From positions 1 through 42,769 of the forward strand of contig JAJCYU010000237.1 of the NCBI GenBank assembly GCA_029262755.1: a DNA stretch of 42,769 nt, given 5' to 3'. The notes beneath the pieces are model-generated. The model searched no databases, had not been told where the DNA came from, and saw nothing but the letters and a program-made list of their open reading frames with translations. The DNA is from Anaerolineae bacterium (lineage in GTDB: Bacteria > Chloroflexota > Anaerolineae > Epilineales > Epilineaceae). The position numbers and the translations under genes were made by a program. This document shows positions 1-8,830 of the stretch, one piece after another; the stretch's first letter is position 1, and each line of letters opens with the position of its first letter.

Positions 1-436
1 CGAAGGGGTTGGCGCTGGGCGCGGCGATCGGCAGGCCGGCCGCGGCCAGCAGCGCCCGCGCCACCGGGTGGCTCGGCGCGCGTACGGCAACGCTACCGCG
101 CCCGGCGGTCACCACGTCCGGCACCACGGCCGCTTTAGGCACGATCAGGGTCAAGGGGCCCGGCCAAAGCGCCCGCGCAAGCAGCCTTGCGCTCGCGGGC
201 ATCCGGCTCGCCAAGCGGTCGAGCTCCGCTTCGCCCAGCACATGGACGATGATCGGATCGGCGAAGGGGCGGCCCTTGGCGGCGAAGATGCGGCGAACCG
301 CGGCCTCGTCGAAGGCGTGCGCACCGAGGCCGTATACGGTCTCCGTCGGGAACGCGACGAGCCCGCCGGCGCGCAGGACGGCGGCGGCGCGGGCGATCGA
401 ATCGGGATCCGGCCTTTGTGGATCGACGGTCAGCAT
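1..436 (-). CDS. tsaC: L-threonylcarbamoyladenylate synthase (Sua5/TsaC/YrdC family), 3' end outside the window
   Basis: Absent from the ORF track because it runs off the edge. Manual minus-strand translation from ATG at 436: MLTVDPQRPDPDSIARAAAVLRAGGLVAFPTETVYGLGA...IFAAKGRP..DPIIVHV...WPGPLTLIV...VAVRAPSHPVA...PIAAPSANPF. These are the PTETVYGL, KGRP, WPGPLT and APSAN hallmarks. An in-frame TGA at 443-445 fixes the start. Confidence 0.93.
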   Translation of the reverse strand, partial: MLTVDPQRPDPDSIARAAAVLRAGGLVAFPTETVYGLGAHAFDEAAVRRIFAAKGRPFADPIIVHVLGEAELDRLASRMPASARLLARALWPGPLTLIVPKAAVVPDVVTAGRGSVAVRAPSHPVARALLAAAGLPIAAPSANPF

Positions 437-462
437 GGTCGATCATGCTATCATCGCGCGCC
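437..462. promoter_or_regulatory. Overlapping divergent extended -10 promoters (bidirectional, probably leaderless transcripts)
   Basis: Plus strand: TGcTATCAT (446-454), 8 nt, then GTG at 463. Minus strand: TGaTAGCAT (453-445), 8 nt, then ATG at 436. Neither gene has a Shine-Dalgarno sequence. Confidence 0.6.
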
Positions 463-1068
463 GTGAACGAGACACCGCGCAGGAGACGAAAGGGGTGGCT
501 GGCGCTGGGGGGGCTGTTCGCCCTCGGCGTGCTCTGGCTGGCCATGAGCCCCGGCGGCGGCCGGGGACTGGGGCGATCCGCCGCCTGGACCGTCGGGCGC
601 GCGGAGCTGGGCGATGGGTGGCAGCGCGTGCCGCCTCCCATCGATCTCGACACGGTGGCGCGCTATGCACGGGGAATCCCTGGGCTCGCGGTCCCCACGG
701 ACCGCTTCGGCGCCGCGTGGCGCGACGGGGACACCGGTGCCGTCGTGACCTCGATCACATTGGTCTACGACGATCCGGCGGAGGCCCAGAGCCTGATGAC
801 CGGGCGCGCGGTGGGCCTTCTCGCGTCCTCGTTTCAGCTGGAAACCGAGCCCGTCGCCCTTGCGGAGGCCGACGAGGCGGTCGGCTGGCGCTCGCCGGCC
901 TACCACGCGGTCGCATTTCGACGAGGCGCGTACGTGGTTTTCCTCGGCACGACGCTGCCGCCCGCCTCTCCGCTCGCCGCTCCAGCGACGCTCGCCGAGG
1001 CGCTGCTCGCGCGTCCGCAGCCGACGCTCGTATCGCCTTCACCGGCGCACGGAACGGGCCTAAGGTAG
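463..1068 (+). CDS. Hypothetical membrane-anchored or secreted protein (~201 aa)
   Basis: Lies in ORF 418..1068. GTG at 463 is preferred because it avoids overlap with tsaC and sits 8 nt after an extended -10. The N-terminus has basic RRRRK followed by hydrophobic GWLALGGLFALGVLWLAM. No family recognised. Confidence 0.65.
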   Translation: MNETPRRRRKGWLALGGLFALGVLWLAMSPGGGRGLGRSAAWTVGRAELGDGWQRVPPPIDLDTVARYARGIPGLAVPTDRFGAAWRDGDTGAVVTSITLVYDDPAEAQSLMTGRAVGLLASSFQLETEPVALAEADEAVGWRSPAYHAVAFRRGAYVVFLGTTLPPASPLAAPATLAEALLARPQPTLVSPSPAHGTGLR

Positions 1069-1108
1069 GCGCTCCGGGGGCTGCTGGCAGCGTGCGGGGC
1101 CACCGGGG

Positions 1109-1114
1109 TATACT
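1109..1114 (+). promoter_or_regulatory. Putative -10 element (TATACT) upstream of fusA
   Basis: TATACT in a GC-rich intergenic region ~165 nt upstream of the fusA ATG. No convincing -35. Confidence 0.4.
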
Positions 1115-1279
1115 GGCGATCTGCGCCTAGAAAGCGGTTGCGCGGCCGAGGTCGCGCAACCACATCGGAGTCGGGCACACTCAATTTCCGCGCGGCCCGT
1201 CGACGGCTGACCGTCATGGCCATGACCATGACCGACGTTGCGACGCGCCGCCTTGTCGTCCCAGGAGGTCGTACGAGCC

Positions 1280-3346
1280 ATGAAGGAGTACTCCGCGGAC
1301 AAGATCCGCAACATCGCCCTCGTTGGGCATAGCGGCGCTGGAAAGACCGCCCTCGCGGAAGCGATGCACTACCTGACGGGCGCCAGCACACGCATGGGCA
1401 CCACGCAGGACGGCAATACGGTGTCCGACTACGACGAGGAAGAGGTCCGGCGCGGCATCTCGATCCACACCGGCGTCCTGCCCGTCGAGCATGACGGCAC
1501 GAAGATCAACGTGATCGACACGCCCGGCTACGCCGACTTCATCGGGGACGTGATCAGCGGACTGCAGGTGTCCGACATGGCCGTGGTGGTGGTGGACAGT
1601 GTTGCCGGCGTGGAGGTCGGCACCGAGATCGCTTGGCAGGAGCTCGACCGGCTGAACCAGCCGCGCGTGGTCGTGATCAACAAGATGGACCGCGATACGG
1701 CCCGTTGGGAGCGGGTGCTGGCCGACCTACGGGAGAGCTTCGACGCACGCTTCGTCCCCTTGCAGCTGCCGATGGGTCAGGGCGATGACTTTCAGGGCAT
1801 CTACCGCCTGATCGGTGAGAAGGCCAGCCTAGGCGAGAAGGGCAAGAACGGCGACATCCCCGCGGAGGTCCTGGCCAAGGCCGACACGATGCGCGAGGCG
1901 ATCGTCGAGGCGGCGGCGGAGTCGGACGACGAGTTCATCATGAAGTTTCTCGACGGCGAGGAGCTCACCAACGACGAGATTCGCCACGGGCTCGAGGTCG
2001 GGGCCGGGCGCGGCAAGTACGTGCCCGTGTTCTTCACGTCGGCCACGAAGGCGCTGGGCGTGAAGGCGTTGATGGATTCGTTGCTCGTGCAGGCGCCCAC
2101 GGCGGCGGATGCGAAGCCGCGTTCTGGCGAGATGGGCGGCGACGAGGTCGCGCTGGCCGCGGACACGTCGGGGCCGCTCGTGGCACGGATCTTCAAGACG
2201 CAAGCCGACCCCTATGTCGGCAAGCTGCAATACCTGCGCGTGTACTCCGGCATCCTGGAGGCCGACTCGCGCGCGTTCAACGTCACGCGAGACGAAGAAG
2301 AGCGCATCGGCCCCGTCTACCACGTGCGCGGCAAGGAGCAGATGACCACGGGACGCATCGTGGCCGGCGACATCGGCGCCGTGGCCAAGCTGAACGAGAC
2401 ACAGACCTTCGACTGTCTGGTCGATCGCGATCAAGCCATCACGATGCCGGATGTCACCCTCCCACAGCCCGTGTTCTCCGTGGCGCTGACCCCGGCAACC
2501 CCGCTGGACGCACCCAAGCTCGGCCAAGCCCTGCAACGCCTGCTCGAGGAGGATCCGACCTTCCGCAGCGAGTTCGTCGGCTCCACTCGGCAGTTGGTCC
2601 TATCCGGTATGGGTGACGCCCACATCGACGTCGCTGTGCACGCGCTCAAAGATAAATTCGGGGTGGCCGTCGAAACCGCGTTGCCGCGCGTGCCCTACCA
2701 AGAGACGGTTACGAAGCGCGCCCAGGCCGTGTACCGCCACAAGAAGCAGTCGGGCGGCTCCGGCCAGTTCGCGGAGGTCCATCTTCGCGTCGAGCCGGTA
2801 CCCCGAGGCGATGGTTTCAGCTACACGAGCGAGGTGCGGGGCGGAAGCATCAGCTCCACGTACATTCCGTCGATCGAAAAAGGCATCCGCCAAGTGCTCA
2901 CCGAGGGCGTGATCGCCAACTGCGAGGTGGTCGACACGAAAGCCATTGTGTTCGACGGCAAAGAGCATCCGGTCGATTCGAAGGACATCGCCTTCCAGAT
3001 TGCAGGTCGGGAAGCATTCAAGCAGGCCATGCGCGATGCCGGACCGGCTCTGCTCGAGCCCGTATACGACATCACCGTGGTGGTGCCGTCGGCACAGATG
3101 GGCGATGTTCTCGGTGATATGAACGGGCGTCGCGGCATGGTGCAGGGCACGGAGCAGGTCGGACAACGAGCCATCGTGAAGGGACAGGTTCCCTTGGCGG
3201 AGATCCAGCGCTACGCGACCGATCTACGCTCGATGACCCAGGGCCGGGGCCACTACACGGCGGAATTCTCTCACTATTCACCGGTGCCGCACAACGTGCA
3301 GCAGGAGATCATTGCGGCGCAGGTAGCGGGTGAGGAAAGCGAGTAG
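1280..3346 (+). CDS. fusA: Elongation factor G, EF-G2-type paralogue (688 aa)
   Basis: GHSGAGKT P-loop, RGISI, DTPGYADF, NKMD, GMGDAHIDV, HKKQSGGSGQFA, HPVDS, LLEP and YATDLRSMTQGRG motifs. AGGAGG at 1263-1268 precedes ATG 1280. It is not next to rpsL/rpsG/tuf, and RGISI plus DTPGY (versus RGITI and DTPGH) indicate EF-G2. Confidence 0.95.
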   Translation: MKEYSADKIRNIALVGHSGAGKTALAEAMHYLTGASTRMGTTQDGNTVSDYDEEEVRRGISIHTGVLPVEHDGTKINVIDTPGYADFIGDVISGLQVSDMAVVVVDSVAGVEVGTEIAWQELDRLNQPRVVVINKMDRDTARWERVLADLRESFDARFVPLQLPMGQGDDFQGIYRLIGEKASLGEKGKNGDIPAEVLAKADTMREAIVEAAAESDDEFIMKFLDGEELTNDEIRHGLEVGAGRGKYVPVFFTSATKALGVKALMDSLLVQAPTAADAKPRSGEMGGDEVALAADTSGPLVARIFKTQADPYVGKLQYLRVYSGILEADSRAFNVTRDEEERIGPVYHVRGKEQMTTGRIVAGDIGAVAKLNETQTFDCLVDRDQAITMPDVTLPQPVFSVALTPATPLDAPKLGQALQRLLEEDPTFRSEFVGSTRQLVLSGMGDAHIDVAVHALKDKFGVAVETALPRVPYQETVTKRAQAVYRHKKQSGGSGQFAEVHLRVEPVPRGDGFSYTSEVRGGSISSTYIPSIEKGIRQVLTEGVIANCEVVDTKAIVFDGKEHPVDSKDIAFQIAGREAFKQAMRDAGPALLEPVYDITVVVPSAQMGDVLGDMNGRRGMVQGTEQVGQRAIVKGQVPLAEIQRYATDLRSMTQGRGHYTAEFSHYSPVPHNVQQEIIAAQVAGEESE

Positions 3347-3427
3347 GCGCGCATATCCAGCGTTTGGGCGATGCGCGTTGAAGCAACCGGAAGGGCCAAG
3401 GGATACGGATCAATTCGAACAACAGTA

Positions 3428-3459
3428 AAGAGGGGCCGAGCAATCGCTCGGCCCCTCTT
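3428..3459. terminator. Intrinsic terminator hairpin between convergent genes
   Basis: AAGAGGGGCCGAGC-aatc-GCTCGGCCCCTCTT is a perfect 14-bp stem. On the minus strand it ends in TTTACTGTTGTT, and on the plus strand in TTCGTACTT. Confidence 0.8.
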
Positions 3460-3584
3460 CGTACTTCCGCTCTCGCGATTCGCACCTCGAGTACGTCCTG
3501 CTTCCTGATCTACTCCATGCTTCCTGTTCCCAGGGTGACCGCTAAGGCTCGTCCCGCTCGGCGTCCAAGCACCGGTCCTTCCAG

Positions 3585-4139
3585 CTACGCGTAGATCAGA
3601 TCCCGCGTCTCGCGCGCCACGGCCTCGGCCACGTCGCCGAGCGACTCGATGTCGTCGGCCAGCTCGCGTGCCACAACAGGGCTCACGGCCTTGGTAATCT
3701 CGCGCAGTACCGGCTTGAGCTGATCGACGTGCGTCTTGCACAGGTCGCAGGTAGCCTGGCTGCCCAGCGCACGGCCCGTCGCGTCCAGCATCTGGTAGCT
3801 GATCGCCGACTGGTTCAGGGCCGCGAAGTCGTCGCGCAGCATCTTGGAAACCTGCTGCGTTCGGTTGCGACCGATGACGCCGGCCACGAAACCCGAGACC
3901 TCGGCGACCGCGTCCTTCACCGGCGACAGACCGTCGCCGCCGATCGAATCCAGGTGCTGCTCGAGATCCTCGAACTGGCGCTTCACAACGCGCTCCGCGG
4001 AGCGGATCGCCGCCGCGGCCTCGGCGTGGCCCTGCACGTCCTCGTCGTCGGCCTGCGTCTCGAGCGCCTCGTGAACGTGACGCTGCAGGGCACACATGTC
4101 GCTCACGTACTGCTGAAGTTGGTCTCGTGGGTCAGCCAT
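3585..4139 (-). CDS. Ferritin-like helical-bundle stress protein (DUF892/YciE-YciF-like)
   Basis: 184 aa, all helical. Pattern YVSDMCALQRH..EALE.Q ... LE.HL..IGG..SPVKDAV ... SKMLRDD...L....ISY.ML.ATG.ALG. GGAGG lies 9 nt before the ATG. Confidence 0.7.
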   Translation of the reverse strand: MADPRDQLQQYVSDMCALQRHVHEALETQADDEDVQGHAEAAAAIRSAERVVKRQFEDLEQHLDSIGGDGLSPVKDAVAEVSGFVAGVIGRNRTQQVSKMLRDDFAALNQSAISYQMLDATGRALGSQATCDLCKTHVDQLKPVLREITKAVSPVVARELADDIESLGDVAEAVARETRDLIYA

Positions 4140-4391
4140 GATGTAGTACCTCCAAATGGGTTGAAAGGGGGTTTTTCCAAAAGGCCCTTACCGCCGTGGG
4201 GCGGGGCGTCGAGCCTATGCACCAAGCGTACCCGCCAGGCGATCCGACCAACACCTCGGGATCGACAGGAGCAGCGTTCCATTTTGTGCAGTGGTCACAC
4301 TGGCGAAGGCGACAGGTTCCGGCTGCGCGGCACACGAGACGTTACGTGCAACCCATGTAGATCGTGCCGCCTAGTCGTGCGTGGCTAGCCC

Positions 4392-4997
4392 TCAGAGGCT
4401 CGCCATCCAGCCCATCTGCAGAGGGCAGAGCGCGATCGCAACGGCGTCGGCCGCATCGTCCGGACGCGGCGCCTCGGCCAGGCGCAGGAGCATCCGCACC
4501 ATCTCCTGCATCTGCCGCTTGTCGGCGCCGCCATAGCCGCTCACCGCCTGCTTGACGACGTTCGGCTTGTACTCCGCCACCGGCAAGCCCGCGCTTGCCG
4601 CCGCGAGCAGGATCACGCCCCGCGCCTGACCGACGCTGATCGCCGTCGTGACGTTGGCGGAGAAAAAGAGCTCCTCGACGGCTACCGCATCCGGACGAAG
4701 TTCCTCGATGAGCTGGCAGAGCGCTTCGTGGATCTGCACCAGACGCTGCGGCATCGGTACGCCGGCCTTCGTGCGGATCACCCCGCAGTCCACGAGGGTC
4801 GGCTCGTCGGCGCCGCCGCCCACCCGACCCTCGACGACCAACGCGAAGCCGGTCGTGGCCGTACCGGGGTCGATGCCAAGCACGCGCAGGGGCGCAGCGG
4901 ACGATACGCGCGCGGCGGGCGTCGGCGCCGCGGACGGGGATCTCGCCGGGCCCTTGGATTTGGAAGAGCGCGGGGATTCCGGATTGTTGCGCGTCAT
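4392..4997 (-). CDS. ruvC: Holliday junction resolvase RuvC (start uncertain: 4997 or 5051)
   Basis: RVLGIDPGTATTGF, AVEELFFSANVTTAISVGQARGV, VKQAVSGYGGADKRQMQEMV and PDDAADAVAIA motifs. Sits directly downstream of yebC. Confidence 0.93.
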   Translation of the reverse strand: MTRNNPESPRSSKSKGPARSPSAAPTPAARVSSAAPLRVLGIDPGTATTGFALVVEGRVGGGADEPTLVDCGVIRTKAGVPMPQRLVQIHEALCQLIEELRPDAVAVEELFFSANVTTAISVGQARGVILLAAASAGLPVAEYKPNVVKQAVSGYGGADKRQMQEMVRMLLRLAEAPRPDDAADAVAIALCPLQMGWMASL

Positions 4998-5088
4998 GAC
5001 CGCTGCAACGGGTCGAGCGAAGCGATCGAGGACGGGGTCATCGACGGCCATCCCAACGCGGCTGAAGGGCTGATCGGGCGGGGCCGGA

Positions 5089-5844
5089 TCAGTCCTCCTC
5101 GCCGTAGGCCATCGCGGCCTCATCGGTGATGTCGATGTTCGTCCACACCTTGTCGACGTCGTCGAGCTCCTCGAGCTTGTCGACGAACTTCAGAACCTGA
5201 ACGGTCTTTTTGGCATCCAGCTCGACAGGCGTGGTCGGGATCATCGCGAGCTCCGCGTCGTCGGTCGCGTAACCCGCATCGGCGAGCGCGCCCTTGACCC
5301 GCGCAAAGTCCACGACCTCCGTGTACACCGTCACGGTCTCGGCGTCGACCTCCACGTCGACCGCGCCCTTGTCGATGGCCTCGAGCGCAAGATCGTCTGG
5401 GTCGATGCCTTCGGCGGGAACCAGGATCATGCCTCGCTGCTCGAACTGCCAGGCGACGCTGCCGTCCTGGCCGAGATTGCCGCCGTTCTTGGCGAACATA
5501 TTGCGCACTTCGCCGACCGTACGGTTGCGGTTGTCCGTCGTGACCTCGACGATGATGGCGGAACTCGCCGGCCCGTAGCCCTCGTACACGATCCGCTCGA
5601 CCTGCTCGTCACCGCCCTCGCCGGTGCCCCTGGCGATCGCACGCTCGATGTTGTCGTTGGGCATATTGCCGGCACGGGCCTTGTCCACGGCCAGGCGCAG
5701 CGCGAAGTTCATCTCCGGGTCGCCACCACCTTCCCGCGCTGCGACGCTGACCGCCCGCGCGAGCTTGGTGAAGCTCTTGCCGCGCTTGGCGTCCTGCCGC
5801 TCCTTGCGGTGCTTGATGTTGGCCCACTTGGAGTGACCGGCCAT
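5089..5844 (-). CDS. yebC: YebC/PmpR family protein
   Basis: MAGHSKWANIKHRK, NMPNDNIERAI, YEGYGP, TDNRNRT and LEELDDVDKVWTN motifs. AGGGAG-like RBS upstream. Confidence 0.96.
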   Translation of the reverse strand: MAGHSKWANIKHRKERQDAKRGKSFTKLARAVSVAAREGGGDPEMNFALRLAVDKARAGNMPNDNIERAIARGTGEGGDEQVERIVYEGYGPASSAIIVEVTTDNRNRTVGEVRNMFAKNGGNLGQDGSVAWQFEQRGMILVPAEGIDPDDLALEAIDKGAVDVEVDAETVTVYTEVVDFARVKGALADAGYATDDAELAMIPTTPVELDAKKTVQVLKFVDKLEELDDVDKVWTNIDITDEAAMAYGEED

Positions 5845-5894
5845 TGCTCTCTCCCTATACGTCCCGATGCGATGTTTGCGCCACGCGCGGGCGG

Positions 5895-5900
5895 ATTATA
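5895..5900 (-). promoter_or_regulatory. -10 element TATAAT for yebC-ruvC
   Basis: Perfect TATAAT on the minus strand followed by CCGC, ~50 nt upstream of the yebC ATG. Confidence 0.6.
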
Positions 5901-5945
5901 CCGGGCCGCCTCGGCCCTCCGAAACCTCCGCACCCATTTGCCGGC

Positions 5946-8687
5946 TCAGGAGCTGAACTCCGAATCGACCCACGACATGTCGCCGCCCTCGTCGTCGTCG
6001 CTCTCGCCGTTCTCGCTCTCGCCGTTCTCGCCGTTCTCGCCGGTGTCGTCGTCGACGTCGTTCTCGTTCTCGCCGTTCTCGACATCGTCATCCTTCCCTA
6101 CTTCGTTCGTAATAGCGCTTGCGCCGGCATCGGCGGTGCTGTTCGCTCCGGCGCGGGGTTCGTCGGTGCGGGGTTTGTCGGCACCGGTCTCGCCGGCGCC
6201 GGATTCGGCGGTGCCAGGTTCGGTAGCGCCGCGTTCGGCTACGGTGGGTGGCGCGTCTGCTATGGCATCCGGGGTCGTCCGTATACGGGCGACCGGCTCC
6301 CAGCCCTCGTCGACCTCAGGGGAGGACGCGCCGGCCATCGCTTCCCAGTCTTCGTCCTGCGCGGGGGGTGTCGCTTCCTCGGCGGCCGGCTGATTCACCA
6401 CGTTGCCCTCGGGCTTCGACGGCTCCTCCGGCGCAGGATCCCAGCTGCGCACCTCCTCCGGGTCCGGGCCGCGGTCCGGCTTGCCCTCGTCGTCCACGAG
6501 GCCCTCGCGCTGCATGCGGTCGAAGAGCGCGCGGGCGCGGCCGTAGCCGAGCTTCAGCCGCCGTTGCAGTAGTGATGCGCTCACGCGGGACACCGTCAGG
6601 GCGACGGCAACCGCCTCCTCGTAGAGCGCTTCTTCGGGATCATCGGGCGGGATCAGATCGTCCCACGGTGGCAATCGGGGCGGGGGCGCCCACGGGGAGT
6701 CCTTCCAGAATGCGATGAGCCGTTCCAGCTCGCCGTCGCTGACGAACGCGCCTTGCAGACGGCGAGCGTTGGGAGCGTCCGGCGGCTGGAAGAGCATGTC
6801 GCCGCTGCCGAGCAAGGCTTCTGCGCCCGGTCGGTCGAGGATCACGCGCGAGTCCGTGGAGCTCGAAACCGCGAAAGCGATGCGCGCCGGGAAGTTCGCC
6901 TTGATCAGACCCGTGATCACGTCCGTCGATGGACGCTGCGTGGCCACGATCAGGTGGATGCCCGTGGCGCGGGCCAGCTGCGCCAGACGCGTCAACAAGG
7001 GCTCCGTTTCCCCGGGCGCTTGCAGCATGAGATCGGCCAGCTCGTCGATGACCACCACGATGCGCGGCAGCGCGGGCTCGCCGGTGGGCAGCTTGCGATT
7101 GTAGGTCTTCAGGTCGCGCGCGCCGCGCTCTGCGAAGGCCTTGTAGCGGCGGTCCATCTCCGCCGCCGCCCAGCGCAAAGCGCCTACGACCTCCACGACG
7201 TCTGTCACCACGGGCGCAACCAGATGCGGCAGGCGCTTGAACTGCGAGAGCTCCACCCGCTTCGGATCCACGAGCACCAAGCGCAGCATATCGGGCGTGT
7301 TCTGGAAGAGCAGGCTGGCCAGGATCGTGTTGAGGCAGACGCTCTTGCCGCTGCCCGTTGCCCCTGCAATCAACAGATGCGGCATCTTCGCCAGGTCGGC
7401 CGCGGCTACACCGCCGGAGACGTCCCGCCCGAGAGCCAACGTCAGCCCGCTCTTGGCGGCCGACGCACGGAAGCGCCGATCGCGCAGCAACCCGGCCAGA
7501 CCGACCGCGGCTGTCTCCGGATTGGGGATCTCGATGCCCACCATGGCTTTGCCGGGGACGGGCGCCTCGATGCGAATCGAGGGTGCGGAAAGGGCCAACG
7601 CCAGATCGTCGCGCAACGCGGTGATCCGCGCGACCTTGACGCGCCGGGTCTCGCCGGCGCGCTCGAACGTGCCCGGCACGAGCCCAAACCGCGTGACGGT
7701 GGGCCCGTGCTCGATCTCGACTACTTGGGTGGGCACGCCGAAGCCCTCGAGCGTCTGCTCGATGCGCTCAGCGATCGCGCGCAAGCCCTCGCTATCGAGC
7801 GCGCCGACCTCGTCCTCGCCCAGGAGCGCGATCTCCGGCAGCGCCGTTGCACGCCCGACGCGGCGTGCGGTGGACGCACGGCCGCGCGCCAGACGTAGGG
7901 GAGGCGCGTGTCCGGGCGCAAGCGAGGGTCGGGCGGGCAGCGCCGGCGCGGGAGCATCGCTTGTCGCGGAATCCGTGGGGGCGCCGGGCTGAGGCGCCTG
8001 GCTCTGTGCCTGCCCACCGGATTCCGCGGCGCCGGGTCGGGTACCGGCGTTGCGCGCGAGCAACTCCTGCGCCCGCACCGCGCGGCCGCCCGCTTGATCC
8101 GCCGCCGGCGCATGCGTGCCGGAACCTCTCGGACTGCGCGCCCGGGCAGAAGCGGTGGTTGGCATGTCCTGGCGCGCCCCGCCGTCTTCGCCCTGCGGAT
8201 CGCCTGAGCCGGCCGGCTCGTCCAACGCTGTCGCCACGGATTCGAACCAGGCGGCCAGCCGGTCCGTCCCGATGCGGAAGGTCAGCAGTGCGCCCACGAT
8301 ACCGGCCGTTGCCCACACGACCACGGCACCGAATGCGCCCACCGCCTGCCGGGAAGACTCGGCCAGTGCCCAACCCACCCGTCCGCCGGCATCGAGTGAC
8401 AGGGCGAGCAAGGCTACGGCGCCCACCACGACGACCTCCACCGCGAGCGCTCGCCCCCACGGCAAGCGCCATGGATCCTGATTCCCCTGTGCGAGCCAAA
8501 CGCCGAGCCACGCGCCGACCACCAACAACCCCGCAGCCAGCGGAGCCTGCAACCACCCAAAGAGCAAGCTCCAGCCCGCCGCCAAGGGCGCGAGCAACGC
8601 GGCACCGGCCATGCCGAGCAAGGGCAGCCCGCCCGTCAGAACCAGGAGCGCGCACAAGCCCCAGAGGAGGCGCGTCGCGCCTCTCAC
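5946..8687 (-). CDS. ftsK: DNA translocase FtsK/SpoIIIE with a long acidic C-terminal extension
   Basis: N-terminal TM helices, then GPTVTRF, IRIEAPVPGK, MPHLLIAGATGSGKS (Walker A), DPKRVEL, IVVVIDELADLM (Walker B), ATQRPS, GAEALLGSGDMLF and a gamma domain (SASLLQRRLKLGYGRA). The GTG start is uncertain. Confidence 0.95.
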   Translation of the reverse strand: MRGATRLLWGLCALLVLTGGLPLLGMAGAALLAPLAAGWSLLFGWLQAPLAAGLLVVGAWLGVWLAQGNQDPWRLPWGRALAVEVVVVGAVALLALSLDAGGRVGWALAESSRQAVGAFGAVVVWATAGIVGALLTFRIGTDRLAAWFESVATALDEPAGSGDPQGEDGGARQDMPTTASARARSPRGSGTHAPAADQAGGRAVRAQELLARNAGTRPGAAESGGQAQSQAPQPGAPTDSATSDAPAPALPARPSLAPGHAPPLRLARGRASTARRVGRATALPEIALLGEDEVGALDSEGLRAIAERIEQTLEGFGVPTQVVEIEHGPTVTRFGLVPGTFERAGETRRVKVARITALRDDLALALSAPSIRIEAPVPGKAMVGIEIPNPETAAVGLAGLLRDRRFRASAAKSGLTLALGRDVSGGVAAADLAKMPHLLIAGATGSGKSVCLNTILASLLFQNTPDMLRLVLVDPKRVELSQFKRLPHLVAPVVTDVVEVVGALRWAAAEMDRRYKAFAERGARDLKTYNRKLPTGEPALPRIVVVIDELADLMLQAPGETEPLLTRLAQLARATGIHLIVATQRPSTDVITGLIKANFPARIAFAVSSSTDSRVILDRPGAEALLGSGDMLFQPPDAPNARRLQGAFVSDGELERLIAFWKDSPWAPPPRLPPWDDLIPPDDPEEALYEEAVAVALTVSRVSASLLQRRLKLGYGRARALFDRMQREGLVDDEGKPDRGPDPEEVRSWDPAPEEPSKPEGNVVNQPAAEEATPPAQDEDWEAMAGASSPEVDEGWEPVARIRTTPDAIADAPPTVAERGATEPGTAESGAGETGADKPRTDEPRAGANSTADAGASAITNEVGKDDDVENGENENDVDDDTGENGENGESENGESDDDEGGDMSWVDSEFSS

Positions 8688-8722
8688 GCGGGCACTCGCT
8701 GCACGGCCGGTGCGACGGCCGT

Positions 8723-8830
8723 GCGAGCAGCGTGGGTCGCGCCGGTCGCAGGAGCAGCGTGGTTCGGGCGAGCAGCGTGGGTCGCGCCGGCCGTACGAGA
8801 AGCGCCGGTCGCACGACCAGCGCCGGCCGC
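8723..8830. repeat. Degenerate tandem repeat upstream of ftsK
   Basis: GCGAGCAGCGTGGGTCGCGCCGG occurs exactly at 8723-8745 and 8768-8790. Partial copies (GAGCAGCGTGG, AGCGCCGG) lie between and after them. Confidence 0.7.

Noticed and set aside
9..1130. 373-aa plus-strand ORF spanning the left end
   Set aside because: It is the antisense shadow of tsaC plus an alternative frame of the 463..1068 gene, with Arg/Ala/Gly-rich composition typical of spurious GC-rich ORFs.
5866..5879. Second LexA box upstream of yebC-ruvC
   Set aside because: CAAAC-ATCG-CATCG differs from GAAC-N4-GTTC at three core positions.
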